A stretch of DNA of 47,637 bases from positions 1 through 47,637 of the IMG/VR virus record IMGVR_UViG_3300021476_000005. The stretch is one strand, 5' to 3'. A program made the translations under genes and the position numbers. The DNA comes from a virus (lineage: Duplodnaviria > Caudoviricetes). The notes below the pieces were generated by a model. It was not told where the DNA came from, searched no databases, and was given only the letters and a program-made list of their open reading frames with translations. Positions 1-7,537 of this stretch are shown one piece after another; position 1 is the stretch's first letter, and each line of letters opens with the position of its first letter.

Positions 1-130
1 CAAGCAGCGATGTAATCGACGAACGCTTGCCAGGCATTGAGAGACGAAATGCCCAAGAGCTGCGCCCCATTGCCGTTGCCCACGATGAGGTACTTGCCAA
101 AGGTATCGGTGACAGAGGTCACAGAGCTGG
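1..130. repeat. Terminal overlap with 47508-47637 (circular contig signature)
   Basis: Bases 5-130 are identical to 47512-47637 (126 nt). Bases 1-3 (caa) match 47508-47510. There is one mismatch, g4 versus t47511. Confidence 0.97.
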
Positions 131-2240
131 CAACTGACGCACCGTCTACGTACAGAACCGCTCCTGGGGTTCCGCCACCGTTCTCCAGCGTGACCGCGAG
201 CAGGTGGGTCGCGCCGTCGTTGTAGGCGGCAGTACTGTTGAGAACCACTCCGGTCGAGTTGTAGCTCAGGTGGACCTTGCCATCGGTGGTCATGTAGATG
301 GTACTTTGGGTGTTGCCGTTGGCACCGTCTACGTATGCTGTTGGCGACCAGAACGCGATGATGCCACCGAGTGTGGTCGTGGTGCGAAAGGCACACAAAA
401 AGCTGCGCACTCCACCCGCGCCGAACAGCGTCGATTGGTGGTTGACCGCCCAGGCGGTCAGGCCGTCGAAAATCCCGTAGCCCCCAAATTCGTTCAAGTT
501 CCCAAAGGCATTGCCGGTGTCGAACGCTTCGTAATCGGTGATAGAGGCGATGCCAATGAGGGCGGGGCTCTTCCACTCCATGCCAGCGGTCGTGTTGGCG
601 TCGTTGGCGGTGCTGACGATGCCCGCGTAACTGATATGCTTGCCGAGATTGTGAATGCAATCGGTGGCGGTGTTGAGGCACTGGAGGCCAGGGGAAATTT
701 CCACCCCCGAAGTCGTGGGGTCAATGTAGACGCCATAGGCGGGCATCTGGGAGCGGTTGGCTCCGGCAGTGGTGTTGCCGTTGAGGGTGTTGGAACCTAT
801 GGCGACAGTGGAGTCCGCAAATAGATAGAGCTGCATGGTGCCGGTCGCAGCCGCCGCTGGCGACACTGAATCGACGTGGTTGGAGTTGAACGTTACACCG
901 GAGGAATTGAAAATCTCGAACTCCCCTTCGGACGATGCGAGCGTGCCGCCGAAGTCTTGATTGTTTTCGATAACAGGGTCAAAGAGGCCACCCACGTGGT
1001 AGCAATACGAGCTGACTTGGCCAACGCAAAAGTTCGAGGTGATGTTATCGGAGCCACCTCCACCCGCACCGAAGGCATTGATAAACAACAGACCGCCGTT
1101 CCAGTTTTGTGTGAAGTTGCGGGAGAAGATGTTCTGGTCCCACGCACCGGCACCAGCAGTTGCATCAGTAGCAATAAATGTGCCGCTTGGGGCATTGCCG
1201 CTTGACACGGCCCAGCCGCCATTGCCGATGAACCGCGACGTGGTGAGAGTGTTGCCCGCGACGACAATTCCCGATGTGGCGTGGGAATTGCCCATGAAAC
1301 CGCAGCCGAGGACCGCAAGGTTGATAAACCCTTGAGTACCCGCGTGGACCCCGAATTCGATGACGGGGGTCGAGCCGCCGGTCGGCTCGTAATCGAACCC
1401 CGTCACGGGCGCGACGCCGTTGGTCACGCTGTATGACTGGGGCGAAGTCGCACATTGAATGGTGTCATTGGGACTGCCTGGTGGAGGCGATGGATTGGTG
1501 TCAGTGATGAACGAGGTGGTGGGCGCGGCGCTCGTCCACCGAAGCAGTTCGTTGATGACGAGAGAGACTGGGGCAATAGTTCCGGCGTGAGTAATGGCAA
1601 TGGGAGTGGTGCAAACTGCGACCTTGCCGGGGTAGCCAGGGGTGAACACCGTGCCGCCCCCCGCCGCGATGGCAGTCGTAATGGCCGCGTTGGTCCTCAC
1701 ACAGTCGTCGGTCCCTGTGAAGCTGTCGGCGTAATAGGCCCCGCCCCCCAAGACCCCACCACCGATTTGCACGTTGACCGCGTAGAGGCCTGCGCTGCCG
1801 TTGGTCGAGAGCACGAAGCCGATGGTCTGACTGTGGGGCCGGACGGTTCCGGCGTCAGTGCAGTCACCCGCGACCACGGTCGAGATAGTCACGTAGTCGC
1901 CGGCGGTCGTGGCACCGTCGAAGTTACAGTTGGTCACACCTTGCTGATAGAGCGTGGCCGAGCCGCTCGTGCCCGCTCCCGCTGTGACGATGCCGAGAAT
2001 TTTGTCAGCGGTCGAAAGCCCTGGCGACTGGACCTTGCCCGCGCCCGTTACCACAGCTAGGCTGTTGAGGATAGTTCCACCCACGTCGTTCTGGACCGTA
2101 ATGGGGGTCGTGGGCGTGACGGTCGAGGGGCCAGTGCCATAGCGATAGTTGTCGGCGTGCGCAAGGGTCATGACCAGTGCGAGACCCAACACATACACCA
2201 CAAGTACGGCCCAAATTTTCACAAACACACCACCTCTCAT
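1..2240 (-). CDS. N-terminal part of a ~919-aa fibre/spike (receptor-binding) protein that continues across the junction to 46988; signal-peptide-like N-terminus, beta-helix-like region and LamG-like domain
   Basis: Absent from the ORF track because it has no stop before the window edge. My translation is open from ATG 2240 (ATGA overlap with the upstream stop): MRGGVFVKIWAVLVVYVLGLALVMTLAHA-DNYRYG...; NAAITTAIAAGGGTVFTPG (tailspike-like beta-helix entry); YNDGATHLLAVTLENGGGTPGAVLYVDGASV (LamG-like). It joins ORF 46988..47629 in frame. Confidence 0.85.
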   Translation of the reverse strand, partial: MRGGVFVKIWAVLVVYVLGLALVMTLAHADNYRYGTGPSTVTPTTPITVQNDVGGTILNSLAVVTGAGKVQSPGLSTADKILGIVTAGAGTSGSATLYQQGVTNCNFDGATTAGDYVTISTVVAGDCTDAGTVRPHSQTIGFVLSTNGSAGLYAVNVQIGGGVLGGGAYYADSFTGTDDCVRTNAAITTAIAAGGGTVFTPGYPGKVAVCTTPIAITHAGTIAPVSLVINELLRWTSAAPTTSFITDTNPSPPPGSPNDTIQCATSPQSYSVTNGVAPVTGFDYEPTGGSTPVIEFGVHAGTQGFINLAVLGCGFMGNSHATSGIVVAGNTLTTSRFIGNGGWAVSSGNAPSGTFIATDATAGAGAWDQNIFSRNFTQNWNGGLLFINAFGAGGGGSDNITSNFCVGQVSSYCYHVGGLFDPVIENNQDFGGTLASSEGEFEIFNSSGVTFNSNHVDSVSPAAAATGTMQLYLFADSTVAIGSNTLNGNTTAGANRSQMPAYGVYIDPTTSGVEISPGLQCLNTATDCIHNLGKHISYAGIVSTANDANTTAGMEWKSPALIGIASITDYEAFDTGNAFGNLNEFGGYGIFDGLTAWAVNHQSTLFGAGGVRSFLCAFRTTTTLGGIIAFWSPTAYVDGANGNTQSTIYMTTDGKVHLSYNSTGVVLNSTAAYNDGATHLLAVTLENGGGTPGAVLYVDGASVASSVTSVTDTFGKYLIVGNGNGAQLLGISSLNAWQAFVDYIAA

Positions 2241-2599
2241 GGACCGACCTCCAAAAAGGTCAAATTGGCCGTTTGCCCCGTGTTGTTGTTGACCTGAACG
2301 TTCGAGGCGGAACCAGCCGAAAGCTGTCCATTGACCAGCAACAGAAAACCGCCGCTTTGGAGCGTGAACTGGCCGTTGGTCTGGCCATTGAGGGCCACGT
2401 TGATGTTGGTGTCGGAGAACAGCACGACGATGTTTTCGGTGGCGAGGCTGGAGATGCCAAAGTAACTGCTGCCATCGGTGCCGCTTTTGGTGATGCGGGC
2501 TTTGACAATCTCGGTCGGGCTAAGCCGTACGATAACGGGGAAGCCTGCAACGGGGTTGCCGTCTTCGGTCATGGTGAGCGTGAGTTCAAGAAGAGGCAT
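2237..2599 (-). CDS. Small beta-rich (Ig-like) putative virion protein
   Basis: Likely start ATG 2599 (MPLLELTLTMTEDGNPVAGFPV, resembling bacterial Ig-like D-G-N-P-V-x-G). Translationally coupled to the fibre gene. Confidence 0.6.
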   Translation of the reverse strand: MPLLELTLTMTEDGNPVAGFPVIVRLSPTEIVKARITKSGTDGSSYFGISSLATENIVVLFSDTNINVALNGQTNGQFTLQSGGFLLLVNGQLSAGSASNVQVNNNTGQTANLTFLEVGP

Positions 2600-2771
2600 T
2601 GAAGCACGCTGACACGACCCCAAGGCGTTGGGTTCCAGCACCTAGCATCGACTGGGCACTTTGGCAATCGGCCTGGAGAGTGTACGGACCGTAAACGACG
2701 TTGTACGTCCCACTGAAGGGACTATAGATGAAGAACCAGTTCAGCGCGAGGGCCAAGGCGAGAGTTCGCAT
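2586..2771 (-). CDS. Small protein with hydrophobic N-terminus and two Cys (secreted or membrane)
   Basis: MRTLALALALNWFFIY...GPYTLQADC...SAC; lies in the late operon directly after the lysin-like gene. Confidence 0.55.
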   Translation of the reverse strand: MRTLALALALNWFFIYSPFSGTYNVVYGPYTLQADCQSAQSMLGAGTQRLGVVSACFNASS

Positions 2772-2780
2772 CGTCAGCCC

Positions 2781-2996
2781 TCACACGAAGATGTGGGAGA
2801 AGTTCCGCAGTCGTTCACAGCGCTCTAGCCAGCCTTTGAGAAAGACCTCTTGGCCAGGATGGTGACAATGGTCGAGCCACGCATCGAACATATGCTGCGT
2901 TAGCCCACATTTGGTCGGACCACCGGCGTCCGCTGGGTCATCTATCAACCCGTCTTCTTCACGGGCCGTGAATTGAAAGCAAATTTCCCAGTCCAT
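2781..2996 (-). pseudogene. Internally deleted GH108-type endolysin (71 aa)
   Basis: N-terminal EEDGLIDDPADAGGPTKCGLTQ matches the GH108 E-G-G-x-x-x-D-P-x-D-x-G-G-x-T-x-x-G-I-T motif. It is joined almost directly to the C-terminal QEVFLKGWLER (F-x-x-G-W-x-x-R) motif, and the usual middle of roughly 100 aa is absent. Good RBS (AGGAG). Confidence 0.7.
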
Positions 2997-3007
2997 CGGG
3001 GTCTCCT

Positions 3008-3196
3008 CTATGCGACCTTTGTGCGAACGGCCTTGGCGCCAAGGCCGCCAACAGGCTGGTTTCGGCGCGTGATAGCTCCGACAGTACCAAGAAATGGGTG
3101 CATGGGAACGGGACCGTTAGAAGCCGTAGCGCCGACGCGGGGGCCGTTGGTTCGCTTCTGTACTGGACCACTGCCTTGTCGAACATAGCCAGCCAT
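3008..3196 (-). CDS. Small basic Gly/Arg-rich protein
   Basis: 62 aa with no acidic residues; strong RBS (GGAGGG); in the late operon. Confidence 0.6.
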   Translation of the reverse strand: MAGYVRQGSGPVQKRTNGPRVGATASNGPVPMHPFLGTVGAITRRNQPVGGLGAKAVRTKVA

Positions 3197-3211
3197 CGGT
3201 GATTCCCTCCC

Positions 3212-3508
3212 TCACCTGAAATAGATATAGACCTTGCCAGCGGCAAGGGTCGGGACGGTTAGACCCTGAGCGTTATAGTGACGTGGGTACGTCACCTCGA
3301 AGATGTCCTCCGAGGCACCCGTGGCAAATTGGTCGAACACGGTGACGACACCGGCGGAGTCCGTGACCTTGCACTCATTGCCCGCTACTGCGGCGGTGCC
3401 AGGGACCCAGACAATGGCCGCGATGCGATAGAGGTCAGTGGCCAACGGCGTCGCCGAAGGGGTGTCAATGACCCATTGGGGCGGGGTTGTGTTGAAGGTA
3501 TTGGACAC
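3212..3508 (-). CDS. Small beta-rich putative virion protein
   Basis: 98 aa, Thr/Ala/Val-rich, ends GKVYIYFR, as is common in phage structural proteins. Confidence 0.65.
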   Translation of the reverse strand: MSNTFNTTPPQWVIDTPSATPLATDLYRIAAIVWVPGTAAVAGNECKVTDSAGVVTVFDQFATGASEDIFEVTYPRHYNAQGLTVPTLAAGKVYIYFR

Positions 3509-3518
3509 GAGGGTTGAC

Positions 3519-3680
3519 CTACGATGAGCCCTTCAGCGAGGGGTGGCCTGGGCGTCCTCGAACTTTGCCTGCGTAGGGGGCCATCGGAATGCCCTTGAGG
3601 CCATGACCGACGCTGGTGCGAAAGCCGTGCATAAAGGGGGTAAGGTGACTGGTGCTGGCACCTTTGCCACGTGATTTCAT
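3519..3680 (-). CDS. Small basic protein (53 aa, not in ORF track)
   Basis: MKSRGKGASTSHLTPFMHGFRTSVGHGLKGIPMAPYAGKVRGRPGHPSLKGSS; GAGG RBS; fills the gap between its neighbours. Confidence 0.55.
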   Translation of the reverse strand: MKSRGKGASTSHLTPFMHGFRTSVGHGLKGIPMAPYAGKVRGRPGHPSLKGSS

Positions 3681-3692
3681 GGTTAGTTGCCT

Positions 3693-3881
3693 CTAATTCT
3701 GGTCGTGGGTCTGAACGGCCCGATTGATGCCGCCGCCGTCGGTGCCATTGCCGTGGATGCGGCCAGTGCCCTTGGTGCCGAACTTCTGGACGAAACCGCG
3801 CACGCCAAGACCCTGGTGCTGATTGTCAACTTCTTTGGACTTCGCTCGCGCTATGCCCGCGTTGTCTTCCCGAGTGGCCAT
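3693..3881 (-). CDS. Small Gly-rich hypothetical protein
   Basis: 62 aa; ATG preceded by GAGGAAGAG; overlaps the end of the TerL nuclease gene. Confidence 0.55.
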   Translation of the reverse strand: MATREDNAGIARAKSKEVDNQHQGLGVRGFVQKFGTKGTGRIHGNGTDGGGINRAVQTHDQN

Positions 3882-4540
3882 TGTAGATTCTCTTCCTCGT
3901 CGTCGTTGGTATCAGATTCCTCATCAATTCTAGCATCAATCTCACCTTCTGTCAAGCCCTGCTCGCGTAGGTGTTCTCGGTAAAGGTCCACTCCAGCCTC
4001 GCGTTCGTCGGCGGCGGAGACTTTCTCGGGATACATGCGAATGGCTTCGGCGAGGGCATCGACGAGGTCGATGGTGGAGCCGGTGGGAAACGCGGCCATC
4101 TCGGTGAGCAGCTCGACGAGGGTGTCATTGACAAACAGGCGGTGCTCGGCGATGATGGGCTGGAGCACCGTGCGAATTCGATAGACCTTGTCGCCCGCGC
4201 GAGTCGGCGCGGGACGGCCCTCGACGTGGATTTCGGTCTCGCCCCTCAAGCGCAGAATCGACCGCACCGTGTCCACGAACAGACCCTGTTGCGCTGTCGC
4301 GTCGATGCCGAAGCTCCCAGGCCGCCAGCGATGCGCGTGGGCGATGAGCAGCCCGACCAGCTCGTCGGTCGTTGGGCGACCGGCCCAAGCGTCGAGAACG
4401 AAAATGCGGTTCAACTTGTCACGGGCGGTATCGACGATTGCGGCGCGCGCGAGGCCCACCTTTAGCGTCGTCGCTCGGCCTGAGTGTGGGTCAAGAAAAG
4501 AGCGCCGTTCAATCAAATCATGTTTGAGCGAAAGTCTCAC
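3851..4540 (-). CDS. Terminase large subunit, C-terminal RNase H-like nuclease domain (separate gene)
   Basis: FLDP (first catalytic Asp), IFVLDAW, GIDATAQQ, KVYRI and AFPTGSTIDLVDALA, the F-P-x-G-x-x-x-D-x-V-D-A-L motif of Terminase_6C-type domains. Confidence 0.85.
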   Translation of the reverse strand: MRLSLKHDLIERRSFLDPHSGRATTLKVGLARAAIVDTARDKLNRIFVLDAWAGRPTTDELVGLLIAHAHRWRPGSFGIDATAQQGLFVDTVRSILRLRGETEIHVEGRPAPTRAGDKVYRIRTVLQPIIAEHRLFVNDTLVELLTEMAAFPTGSTIDLVDALAEAIRMYPEKVSAADEREAGVDLYREHLREQGLTEGEIDARIDEESDTNDDEEENLQWPLGKTTRA

Positions 4541-4552
4541 AGGGACGTGAGC

Positions 4553-4762
4553 CTAGCGTCGGTCACGGGGCAATGGTTGAGTCATTCTCCACAGGTGATA
4601 GAACTCGCTCCGCGCTTGCGTGTCGTTGGGGTCGCGGGCGAGGCGGCGCGCGAGGTCAGCGTTGTTATTCGATGCGCTGTTGTCCTGTGAGGCCGACTCA
4701 ATGTCGGCCAAGCCGCCGGTAGAAGTCGGCTTCGGCGTCGGTTCGGGCTGGTTTGTTTCCAT
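4553..4762 (-). CDS. Small hypothetical protein between the two TerL halves
   Basis: ATG 4762 with GGAG RBS. It overlaps the 3' end of the TerL ATPase gene. It is in the same frame as the nuclease ORF, separated from it by one TAG (4553-4555). Confidence 0.55.
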   Translation of the reverse strand: METNQPEPTPKPTSTGGLADIESASQDNSASNNNADLARRLARDPNDTQARSEFYHLWRMTQPLPRDRR

Positions 4763-5801
4763 CGTCGTCGTCTCCAAACAGTTGCTTTAAATCGGGGTCA
4801 ACTTCGTGCTCGGTAAAGCTCACATAATCTTGGTCCATGACAAAGCCCCGCACCTCGGCCATGTGAAAGTCCTGCATCTTGGACCCCACGATGGTGTTCA
4901 TGTAATTGAAATAGAACAGGTCCTCGTTAATGGCCTTGAGACGGGCAATGCGGGCAAGGGAAAACCGCTCAGGGAACACCGGCACCCCGTTCTCGACTAC
5001 CGAGCGCTTCCACCACCGTACACCCTCGCCGGTGGCAGGGTCAAATGGGTCAATCGCTTCGACATCGGTGTAAAGGTCTGCAACTCCCCAATGCGTGCCA
5101 AAGTACCATTCAAGCACTGTCTCGGGGTCGTTGGCAAGCGAGTAGCTGGCATGGTTCCAATCAATCGACGAGGCCATCGTCGAAGGCTCGTTGCGGTCCT
5201 TGATGTCAATGAGGTCGTCTTTTATCATCCAGTCGAAGTGGCCGCCGGTGATGCTCGCGTTGGTCCCAGTTTGTTCGATGGTGCACTCGTCGAACGTGCT
5301 CGCTCGCTTGAGCAACAACCTCTCGTCGTTCCATTTGGTTTTGGCGGTCGCAATGTCTTCCCACACAACCTCGGGCCAAAAGGCCCTCAACAGCTCGTTG
5401 GTCTCGTAGGTGGTGCGAATGGCCCGCAGCCGCGAGGCGGCGCGGTCGGTGGTCTTGCACATGTAGCAAATTCGCATCTCGGTGCCCGCGACGCCAGGTA
5501 TATAGATGTTGCGGTCGGCGGGTTGGATGGTTCCATGAATCACCAGCGACTTCGCGCAGGTGGTCTTGAAGTGCCCGCGCGGGAGCAAGAACCCCTTGCG
5601 GCGCGGCGGGATGGTTTGAATCTGCTCGCACAGGGGCTTGTGGAACGCGGGCGTGAACTTGTCCCAGCCCAAAATGGCCTTGGCGAACACATAGAGGCTG
5701 GTTTCGGAAACTGTCTTCAGTTTCCGAATCGTTTCGCCTTCGGCGTCAGTCGCTCCCGCTTGGCGGGGCTGGCCGTTGGACTGAATTACTATCGACTTCA
5801 A
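4698..5801 (-). CDS. Terminase large subunit, N-terminal ATPase domain
   Basis: Walker A-like LPRGHFKTT, ITGGHFDWMIKDDLID (Walker B), GTHWGVADLY coupling motif, FPERFS, FYFNYMN. Start uncertain; TTG 5801 chosen. Confidence 0.9.
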   Translation of the reverse strand: MKSIVIQSNGQPRQAGATDAEGETIRKLKTVSETSLYVFAKAILGWDKFTPAFHKPLCEQIQTIPPRRKGFLLPRGHFKTTCAKSLVIHGTIQPADRNIYIPGVAGTEMRICYMCKTTDRAASRLRAIRTTYETNELLRAFWPEVVWEDIATAKTKWNDERLLLKRASTFDECTIEQTGTNASITGGHFDWMIKDDLIDIKDRNEPSTMASSIDWNHASYSLANDPETVLEWYFGTHWGVADLYTDVEAIDPFDPATGEGVRWWKRSVVENGVPVFPERFSLARIARLKAINEDLFYFNYMNTIVGSKMQDFHMAEVRGFVMDQDYVSFTEHEVDPDLKQLFGDDDDGNKPARTDAEADFYRRLGRH

Positions 5802-6282
5802 TTTCGGTGTACTCGGCGAGAACGGTATCGAGAGCTGCGAGCTTTTCGGCGGTAATGTTAATGACCACCGTTGGCTCGCTGCGACTGTCGGTCTTGACCG
5901 GCACCACACGGTCGAGAATGGTCTTGGCCGCGTTGAGGCGGTCTTTGTGCTTGGGGTCGTCCATAATCTCGCCCACGACCCCTACCGCCTGTGGGGCCTT
6001 GGCCCAAATTTGTTCCTTGGCCATAGTGGCGTGGGCCGAGACCCAACGCTCGCGGGCACGTTCCATTTCGGTCTGAAACAGGCGCGAGCGCATTAGCACT
6101 TTGAGATGGGTCAGTTCGAGGCCTGTATCCGCCGCCACTTCCTCGACACTGTACCCTAGGCCTAGCAACTGGGCCGCAAGTTTGTTCTGGCGCCCGAGAC
6201 CCCGCGTGGGGGCGGGGTGGGAGGCGGCGGGGAGCGTGGAACTCTCGCCGGTGAATGGTGTGACAGTCTTTGGCATGGTCAA
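5746..6282 (-). CDS. Terminase small subunit (putative)
   Basis: HTH-like segment (LGYSVEEVAADTGL) and RLNAAKTILDR motif; immediately upstream of TerL. Confidence 0.7.
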   Translation of the reverse strand: MTMPKTVTPFTGESSTLPAASHPAPTRGLGRQNKLAAQLLGLGYSVEEVAADTGLELTHLKVLMRSRLFQTEMERARERWVSAHATMAKEQIWAKAPQAVGVVGEIMDDPKHKDRLNAAKTILDRVVPVKTDSRSEPTVVINITAEKLAALDTVLAEYTEIEVDSNSVQRPAPPSGSD

Positions 6283-6359
6283 ACGTGCCAGTTCGGTGTC
6301 ACGTGCGAGCTGGCAAAGCCACGAGTATGCGAGACATTGTTTGAAGCTCGCCTTGGGGT

Positions 6360-6389
6360 GAGGGTAGCAGAAAAGCTACCCTCTGTCAA
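6360..6389 (-). promoter_or_regulatory. Sigma70-like promoter for the terminase/late operon, overlapped by a perfect 9-bp inverted repeat
   Basis: TTGACA (6389-6384), 17-nt spacer, TACCCT (6366-6361). GAGGGTAGC-agaaaa-GCTACCCTC spans 6360-6383. Confidence 0.65.
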
Positions 6390-6567
6390 GGCCAATAACA
6401 TTGTTCTATTACCCGAAACGGAAATTTTAAAAATTTTATATTTCGTCGAAGACCCAATGTCCCGCGCGCGGCGGGCGAGGCAGGGGGGCTCGGGGTTGTT
6501 GTTCCACGGTCAGAGAGAGAGAGTCGAGCGAGACAGTGAAATTGAGAATCAGTATCAATCGATGGGC

Positions 6568-6599
6568 AAAAAGAGAGAGCAAGGGTTTTGCTTGCTCTC
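6568..6599 (-). terminator. Rho-independent terminator
   Basis: On the minus strand, GAGAGCAAG-caaaacc-CTTGCTCTC followed by tcTTTTT, just downstream of the 7110-6612 genes. Confidence 0.7.
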
Positions 6600-6611
6600 A
6601 CGACGCTGTGA

Positions 6612-6698
6612 CTACAACGTCACTAGCACGGCGATAATCAGTTCGACGAACAACACTGCGAACCCAATGATCATAAAGGCCTTGATTGACGTTGACAT
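6612..6698 (-). CDS. 28-aa single-TM peptide
   Basis: MSTSIKAFMIIGFAVLFVELIIAVLVTL; GGAG RBS; directly follows 6703..7110. Confidence 0.5.
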   Translation of the reverse strand: MSTSIKAFMIIGFAVLFVELIIAVLVTL

Positions 6699-6702
6699 TG
6701 AA

Positions 6703-7110
6703 CTACTCTCCCATGCCCATGCCGCTCGCGCGCAACTCTGTAACTGCGCTTGCGAGAACTTTGCGGTCGGGTTCTTCTTTCACTGCCACGCTCGCGATGT
6801 TCTGCTCGATGCAGGTAAGTATCTCGTTCGCGTGCGTCAGCACGCTCACCCATTGTGACGCGTAGAGCGTCACCGGTCTGGCATTCAGACCGAACAGGCT
6901 GATGCCGCCCTTGCCCTCGCCATTGAACCGAGCGCTCACTTTGCCACCGCCCCGCTGCGACTTGGCCACTTCGAGCGCCGCCTGAAGCTCGGCGATTTTC
7001 GACAGAGCCGCTGCGAGCTCCGCGCTCCGTTCGCTAGTTCTCGTGCCGCGTGCCGGTCCTGCTTGCTCGCCGATCACCCGAAACCCATTGCTTTCGTTGC
7101 TCTTTTCCAT
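6703..7110 (-). CDS. Conserved hypothetical early protein (coiled coil plus KGGxSxxGL-xxPVTLYxxQW motif)
   Basis: Start ATG 7110 with GGGAG RBS. GKGGISLFGLNARPVTLYASQW resembles a widespread uncharacterised small-protein family (KGxVSxYGLGRFPVTLYxEQW). Confidence 0.75.
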   Translation of the reverse strand: MEKSNESNGFRVIGEQAGPARGTRTSERSAELAAALSKIAELQAALEVAKSQRGGGKVSARFNGEGKGGISLFGLNARPVTLYASQWVSVLTHANEILTCIEQNIASVAVKEEPDRKVLASAVTELRASGMGMGE

Positions 7111-7164
7111 TGCCTTTTGGCTCCCTTTGTCGAGCCATCGATTTGTCGTTCGCTCGACAGGTTC

Positions 7165-7193
7165 AGTGTCGCATTTGCCACGCAATTGGTCAA
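7165..7193 (-). promoter_or_regulatory. Sigma70-like early promoter A
   Basis: TTGACC, 17-nt spacer ending TGC, GACACT; followed 5 nt later by a hairpin and an RBS. Confidence 0.55.
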
Positions 7194-7468
7194 TTTCCGT
7201 AGCATTTGCAAGGGTTTTCGGCTCGCTGACCAAGCGGTGCGGCGCAGCGGGTGCGACATCCAGCGACACAAGGAGAATAATTATATTTCTTTGGGTGGCA
7301 GCCCCCCAGGGGGGTATGGAGCATAAATAAGCGCAAACCACAGAGGAAGGGGAGTATATATATTGTATTTTACATCCTATGTTCAGGTGGTAGCCTCCCA
7401 AAGAAATAAAAAGATTCTCCTAGCGTCGCTACGAGACGCATTTGTGTGCAGGTGGCCCGAACGGTGAC

Positions 7469-7501
7469 AAAAAAAAGGGAGTGGACAGCTTGTCCACTCC
7501 C
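7469..7501 (-). terminator. Rho-independent terminator
   Basis: Perfect 11-bp stem GGGAGTGGACA-agc-TGTCCACTCCC followed by a run of 8 T on the minus strand, downstream of 7538..7825. Confidence 0.9.
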
Positions 7502-7537
7502 ACGTCGCGAGCGAAGGTTCTGTTTACCGCTCTATGC

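Noticed and set aside
1-130. Terminal repeat as a biological direct terminal repeat
   Set aside because: It falls in the middle of a coding sequence and its length resembles an assembler k-mer overlap, so it is best read as circular permutation.
204-2602. Plus-strand ORFs such as 204..824, 1455..2060 and 2177..2602
   Set aside because: They are antisense shadows of the long minus-strand fibre and neighbouring genes, with no RBS or motifs.
4553-4555. Genome-wide amber (TAG) recoding
   Set aside because: Long genes are uninterrupted under the standard code, many end in TAG right before the next gene's RBS, and no suppressor tRNA was seen.
4541-4800. Group I intron or intein explaining the split terL
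   Set aside because: The gap is short, I could not identify intron core elements or intein C/HN motifs, and the interval holds an ORF with its own RBS. Not formally excluded without RT-PCR.
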